From: a virus
Lineage: Duplodnaviria; Caudoviricetes
Length of the DNA stretch: 64,000 bases
Virus record (IMG/VR): IMGVR_UViG_651053002_000003
Location: 2,520-66,519 of that record
Direction: 5' to 3' (one strand)
A program made the position numbers and the translations under genes. Every line of letters starts with the position of its first letter. The first letter of the stretch is position 1. Shown here one piece after another: positions 60,387 to 64,000 of the stretch. The notes under the pieces were generated by a model. That model was not told the origin of the DNA. It did no database searches and worked only from the letters and a program-made list of their open reading frames with translations.

Positions 60387-60638
60387 CAAGTGATAAAAAT
60401 AATGATATAACCGAGATTATTGCTCCTATTATTTCTATTATGTTTATTCAGTTTAAATTCTGTTTACTAATAAGATCTGAATTCTCTTCCGGATTGGTCC
60501 TGAACCCCTTCTGGAAAGGTAATATTTACAAGCCCTTCCCCCCTTATAAAACAAAGGTTTCAGTATTTAATCTCATCCGGATTTCCTTCCGAACTGATTC
60601 GGAATTCTCTTCGGGATAAAAACTTGAAAAAATTTGAT

Positions 60639-60665
60639 TAAAACCCAGAAATAACTAACCGATAA
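60639..60665 (+). promoter_or_regulatory. SigD-type promoter
   Basis: TAAA-N15-ACCGATAA upstream of the nuclease gene. Confidence 0.55.
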
Positions 60666-60704
60666 TATATCTAGAAGACATTTCAATAAAAAGGGGAAAT
60701 TATT

Positions 60705-61679
60705 TTGAAAAAATGGTTGTTATGTATCGGTGCTTTATCTTTGAGTTTTTCTTTAGCAGCGTGCGGGTCTGATTCAGCTTCAACTGATAAAACAGATTCG
60801 GATAGCAATAAGACAACGCAGCAAGAAGACAAAGGTAAACAAGAGACAAAGACAGATCAGAAAACAGAGACAGAAAAGCAATCAAATAACAAAAGTGCTG
60901 ATGAGTCAAAAAAATCCTCAGCTAAAGAGACACCTGATAAGAAAAAGCTGGTGGATGTAACACTAAACAAAACAGTTGATGGAGATACAATTAAAGTCAA
61001 TTATAAAGGCGAAGTTAAAACTGTTCGTTATTTGCTCATTGATACTCCTGAAACTAAAAAACCAAATTCTTGTGTCCAACCATATGGAGAAGATGCTTCG
61101 GCGCGAAATAAACAGCTGGTGAACAGTGGTAAGCTACAATTAGAATTTGATAAAGGTGACCGTACTGATAAGTATGGAAGAATGCTAGCTTACGTTTATG
61201 TTGATGGAAAATCAGTACAAGAAACATTACTTAAAGAAGGATTAGCTCGAGTTGCTTATGTATATGAACCAAACACGAAGTATTTAGGTACTTATGAAAA
61301 AGATCAGGAAGTTGCCAAAAATAAGGACTTGAAAATTTGGAGTAAGAATGGCTATACAACTGATAAAGGATTTAATGGTTGTGTAACAAAGCCTAAAAAA
61401 TCAGTAACTGCTTCTAAACCTGTTGAAAAATCGGCTACAACTCATAAATCGACTACTTCACATAAATCAAGCTCAAACAGTTCAAATTCTAGCGAAAGTA
61501 GCTCAACAGCAAGCAGTTCTTCTAACTCTACACAAGCCTCCACATCTACTGGTGGAACAGAACACTTTGCAAACTGCACAGAATTAAGAAAGAAATATCC
61601 TCATGGTGTCCCGAGTTCTCATCCGGCATACCAATCGAAAATGGATCGTGATCACGACAACTATGCTTGTGAGCGATGA
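60705..61679 (+). CDS. Thermonuclease lipoprotein with Excalibur domain (YokF/YncB-like)
   Basis: LAAC lipobox; VDGDT, DTPE, DKYGRMLAYVY; DRDHDNYACE. Confidence 0.9.
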   Translation: MKKWLLCIGALSLSFSLAACGSDSASTDKTDSDSNKTTQQEDKGKQETKTDQKTETEKQSNNKSADESKKSSAKETPDKKKLVDVTLNKTVDGDTIKVNYKGEVKTVRYLLIDTPETKKPNSCVQPYGEDASARNKQLVNSGKLQLEFDKGDRTDKYGRMLAYVYVDGKSVQETLLKEGLARVAYVYEPNTKYLGTYEKDQEVAKNKDLKIWSKNGYTTDKGFNGCVTKPKKSVTASKPVEKSATTHKSTTSHKSSSNSSNSSESSSTASSSSNSTQASTSTGGTEHFANCTELRKKYPHGVPSSHPAYQSKMDRDHDNYACER

Positions 61680-61692
61680 ATAGAGGAGATTA

Positions 61693-62178
61693 GTGATGGC
61701 ACAAAAATTTCAAAAACTAAACTATAAGTATGGAATCATAGACTATCCAATATTTCTTAAAGAGCTTGAATCTATCATTCAAGAATTCCCTAAATCAGAA
61801 AGAAAGTTTTACGAATATGCAATTAAAGCTTTAAAAAAAGAAGTTGATAAAAAGGAAAAGATTCTACATATAACTTCTGCCGATCCGAAGTTGACTAAGT
61901 TTGGTTTTATGGTTATCACTGAAAAGAAACTTTTATTTGTCATTATGAAAGGCGGTATTTTCGGTGGTGCCGATACTGAAGTTGTTGAATTTAAAAGTAT
62001 CAAAGAAGTTGACTTTGACATTGCCCCAACTCCATTAGGAATGGCTACAATGCAATTGGGAATTCTCCATTTAAAAATCAAAGGTAAGCTTGGAATGAGT
62101 AACAAGCGCACCATTAGAAATATTGATGAACATTCACTTGATAGAATAGTATCTATCCTAAGAGACCAAATAAAATAA
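61693..62178 (+). CDS. Bacterial PH-domain protein (YokE-like)
   Basis: GFMVITEKKLLFV pattern; follows the YokF-like gene. Confidence 0.6.
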   Translation: MMAQKFQKLNYKYGIIDYPIFLKELESIIQEFPKSERKFYEYAIKALKKEVDKKEKILHITSADPKLTKFGFMVITEKKLLFVIMKGGIFGGADTEVVEFKSIKEVDFDIAPTPLGMATMQLGILHLKIKGKLGMSNKRTIRNIDEHSLDRIVSILRDQIK

Positions 62179-62244
62179 GCCCGGTTTGGGCTTTTCTTTC
62201 ACACCAAAAACAGAACATACATTCCCTATATGGTGGTGTTTTTT

Positions 62245-62766
62245 ATGTCAATCCAGTTATCGCACCTTGAAGAAGAAGTGAAAAAAATCTATCACAAATT
62301 AAATATTGAAACTCCTGAAGACATTGATTTAGAAAGGATTGCCGCGGCATTTCGTATCTGGCTGCATTACGAGCAAAGAGAAAGCTGCATGTTCCAAATT
62401 AACGGTGAGTATAGCGTCGTTCTTGATGCTCGTGCCTCTCCACAAGAACAATGGCAGGACTTTGTGCATGAGCTATGCCATGTCTTAAAACATACTGGAA
62501 ACCAATTTCACATGAATAGAATGTTCAGGCAGCTTCAGGAATACCAGGCGAACAGTTTCATGTATCACTTCTGCGTACCAACGTTCATGCTCATAAAAAT
62601 GCAGCTGCCCCGTCTTAAATCAGAGGCCATTAAATTAATAGGAGATACATTTAATGTGACATATTCCTTGGCCGCTAAACGGCTAGAAATATTCAACAGA
62701 AAACAGTTTTCAATTCTCTGGCATAAAAAGCTCCATCAAATAAGTAAATTGAATGTTAGGAGGTAG
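62245..62766 (+). CDS. ImmA/IrrE-family metallopeptidase (antirepressor)
   Basis: HELCH (HExxH), EYQAN. Confidence 0.88.
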   Translation: MSIQLSHLEEEVKKIYHKLNIETPEDIDLERIAAAFRIWLHYEQRESCMFQINGEYSVVLDARASPQEQWQDFVHELCHVLKHTGNQFHMNRMFRQLQEYQANSFMYHFCVPTFMLIKMQLPRLKSEAIKLIGDTFNVTYSLAAKRLEIFNRKQFSILWHKKLHQISKLNVRR

Positions 62767-62770
62767 CCAA

Positions 62771-64000
62771 ATGGCTAGTATAGAGCCCCGTGGAAAAAAC
62801 TCTTTTAGATTAATTGTTGAGAATGGTTACGATGCCAAAGGTAAAAGGGATAGAAGAAAGAAAACAATTCGTATAGAAGACCCAAAGCTATTAAAGACTA
62901 AACGAAAATTACAAGAGTATCTTGAGGACCAGCTGCACCGTTTCAGAATTGAAGTAGAGGCCGGCGAATATATTGCACCGGAAAAAGCTACTTTTGAATC
63001 ATTTGTAGAGAAGTGGGTTGAAAAGAAACTCTTTAATAAGAATGGTAAGCCTTACTCTTATACAACATCTGTCAAATATTCAAATCACTTAAAAAATCAC
63101 ATTCTTCCAGCATTAGGTCATAAAAAAATAGACAAAATAAAAAGCCTTCATATTGTTGATTTTATAGATGATTTATCTAAAGATGGGGCTAGAAAAGATG
63201 GAAAGCCTGGCGGATTAGGTGATCAAACAATCAAAGATATATTTAAAATCTTACAAGCATTATTTAAAACTGCCACAGAGGAATGGAAATTGATAAAAGA
63301 CGACCCTATTGAGGGATTGAGTTCGCCAGAAGCTGAGAATAAAGAAATGAATTTTCTTGAATCTGACGAAGCAGCTGAATGTATTAAAGTGTTGTATGAA
63401 ATAGATATTAAATGGCGCTTATATTATCTTGCAGCTCTGATCGGGGGGCTTCGTAGAGGGGAAGCTCTTGCCTGTGAATGGCACTTGGATGTAGATTGGG
63501 ACAAAGGTGGAATATATGTAAATAGATCAATTTCTAAAACAATTAACGGAGAGCCTCATGTCAAAAGCCCAAAGTCAAAAAGTTCTCAACGGTTCGTCAA
63601 AATGCCTGATTTTTATATGAATGAGTTGGCTAAATTTTATCGCATATGGAAAAAAGAAAAATTGTTGCTTGGCGATGTATGGGAAGGCGGAGAACATCAA
63701 TATGTGTTTCACAGTGGTAAAGGAAAACCTTACTACTATACAACCCCTACCGCAAAATGGACTAAAATAAAAAAGAAGTACGGTCTAAAAGATGTTCGTC
63801 TTCATGACTTGCGGCATACTATGGTGGCTCTCCTTATGGAAGCTGGCGAAAGTCTCAGTGCTATTCAACGAAGAGCTGGACATGCCAGTGCTCGAACAAC
63901 TAGTGATATTTATGGTCATGTTACCGAGAAACTCGAAAATAGCACAGTAAATCACTTTAACAAGTTCGACCCTAGAAACCTAGCACAAAAACAGAGCTGA
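62771..64000 (+). CDS. Tyrosine integrase
   Basis: GLRRGEALA, HDLRH, RAGHAS..TT..IYGH; stop codon at 63998-64000. Confidence 0.95.
   Translation: MASIEPRGKNSFRLIVENGYDAKGKRDRRKKTIRIEDPKLLKTKRKLQEYLEDQLHRFRIEVEAGEYIAPEKATFESFVEKWVEKKLFNKNGKPYSYTTSVKYSNHLKNHILPALGHKKIDKIKSLHIVDFIDDLSKDGARKDGKPGGLGDQTIKDIFKILQALFKTATEEWKLIKDDPIEGLSSPEAENKEMNFLESDEAAECIKVLYEIDIKWRLYYLAALIGGLRRGEALACEWHLDVDWDKGGIYVNRSISKTINGEPHVKSPKSKSSQRFVKMPDFYMNELAKFYRIWKKEKLLLGDVWEGGEHQYVFHSGKGKPYYYTTPTAKWTKIKKKYGLKDVRLHDLRHTMVALLMEAGESLSAIQRRAGHASARTTSDIYGHVTEKLENSTVNHFNKFDPRNLAQKQS

Larger units (their letters stand above)
14441..64000. mobile_element. Temperate prophage with contractile tail integrated at tRNA-Val
   Basis: att core at left; lysis, tail, head, packaging, replication, immunity and integrase modules in order; second att expected just beyond the window. 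Confidence 0.92.

Noticed and set aside
62212-62225. LexA box upstream of immA (AGAACATACATTCC)
   Set aside because: Plausible position but three mismatches to consensus; too weak to call
59416-64000. Arbitrium (AimR/AimP) or Rap/Phr signalling
   Set aside because: No TPR receptor or short signal-peptide gene near the immunity region
1-64000. CRISPR array, diversity-generating retroelement, retron, IS element
   Set aside because: No regularly spaced repeat-spacer array, reverse transcriptase or transposase motifs seen

Overview
Low-GC Bacillus (subtilis-group-like) chromosomal window with two parts. (1) 1-14440 is a decayed accessory island downstream of a tRNA-Val(GAC) integration hotspot. 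It holds orphan polymorphic-toxin tips and immunity genes, an LCI-like antimicrobial peptide, a truncated SOS yolD/uvrX cassette, a frameshifted YobI-like P-loop NTPase and a BsrE/SR5-like type I toxin-antitoxin. (2) ~14441 to beyond 64000 is an apparently intact ~50 kb temperate prophage. It is bounded on the left by a duplicated tRNA-Val 3' half (att core) and on the right by a tyrosine integrase. It has skin-like early genes, a PBSX-family terminase, an SPP1-type portal and a contractile tail. Prophage cargo includes an uncharacterised 3-gene operon (14717-17060, best candidate for a novel or poorly known defence system), a Pycsar cyclase plus TM effector flanked by diverged direct repeats, an LXG-WHH nuclease/SMI1 pair, a YonT-like peptide with an antisense promoter, and a permuted papain-like amidase pair. 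Non-coding signals include a twice-repeated structured terminator motif, two antisense promoter-terminator mini-transcripts, SigD-type promoters, five repressor operators and a possible displaced replication origin. All protein calls come from motif recognition and synteny; no database searches were run.
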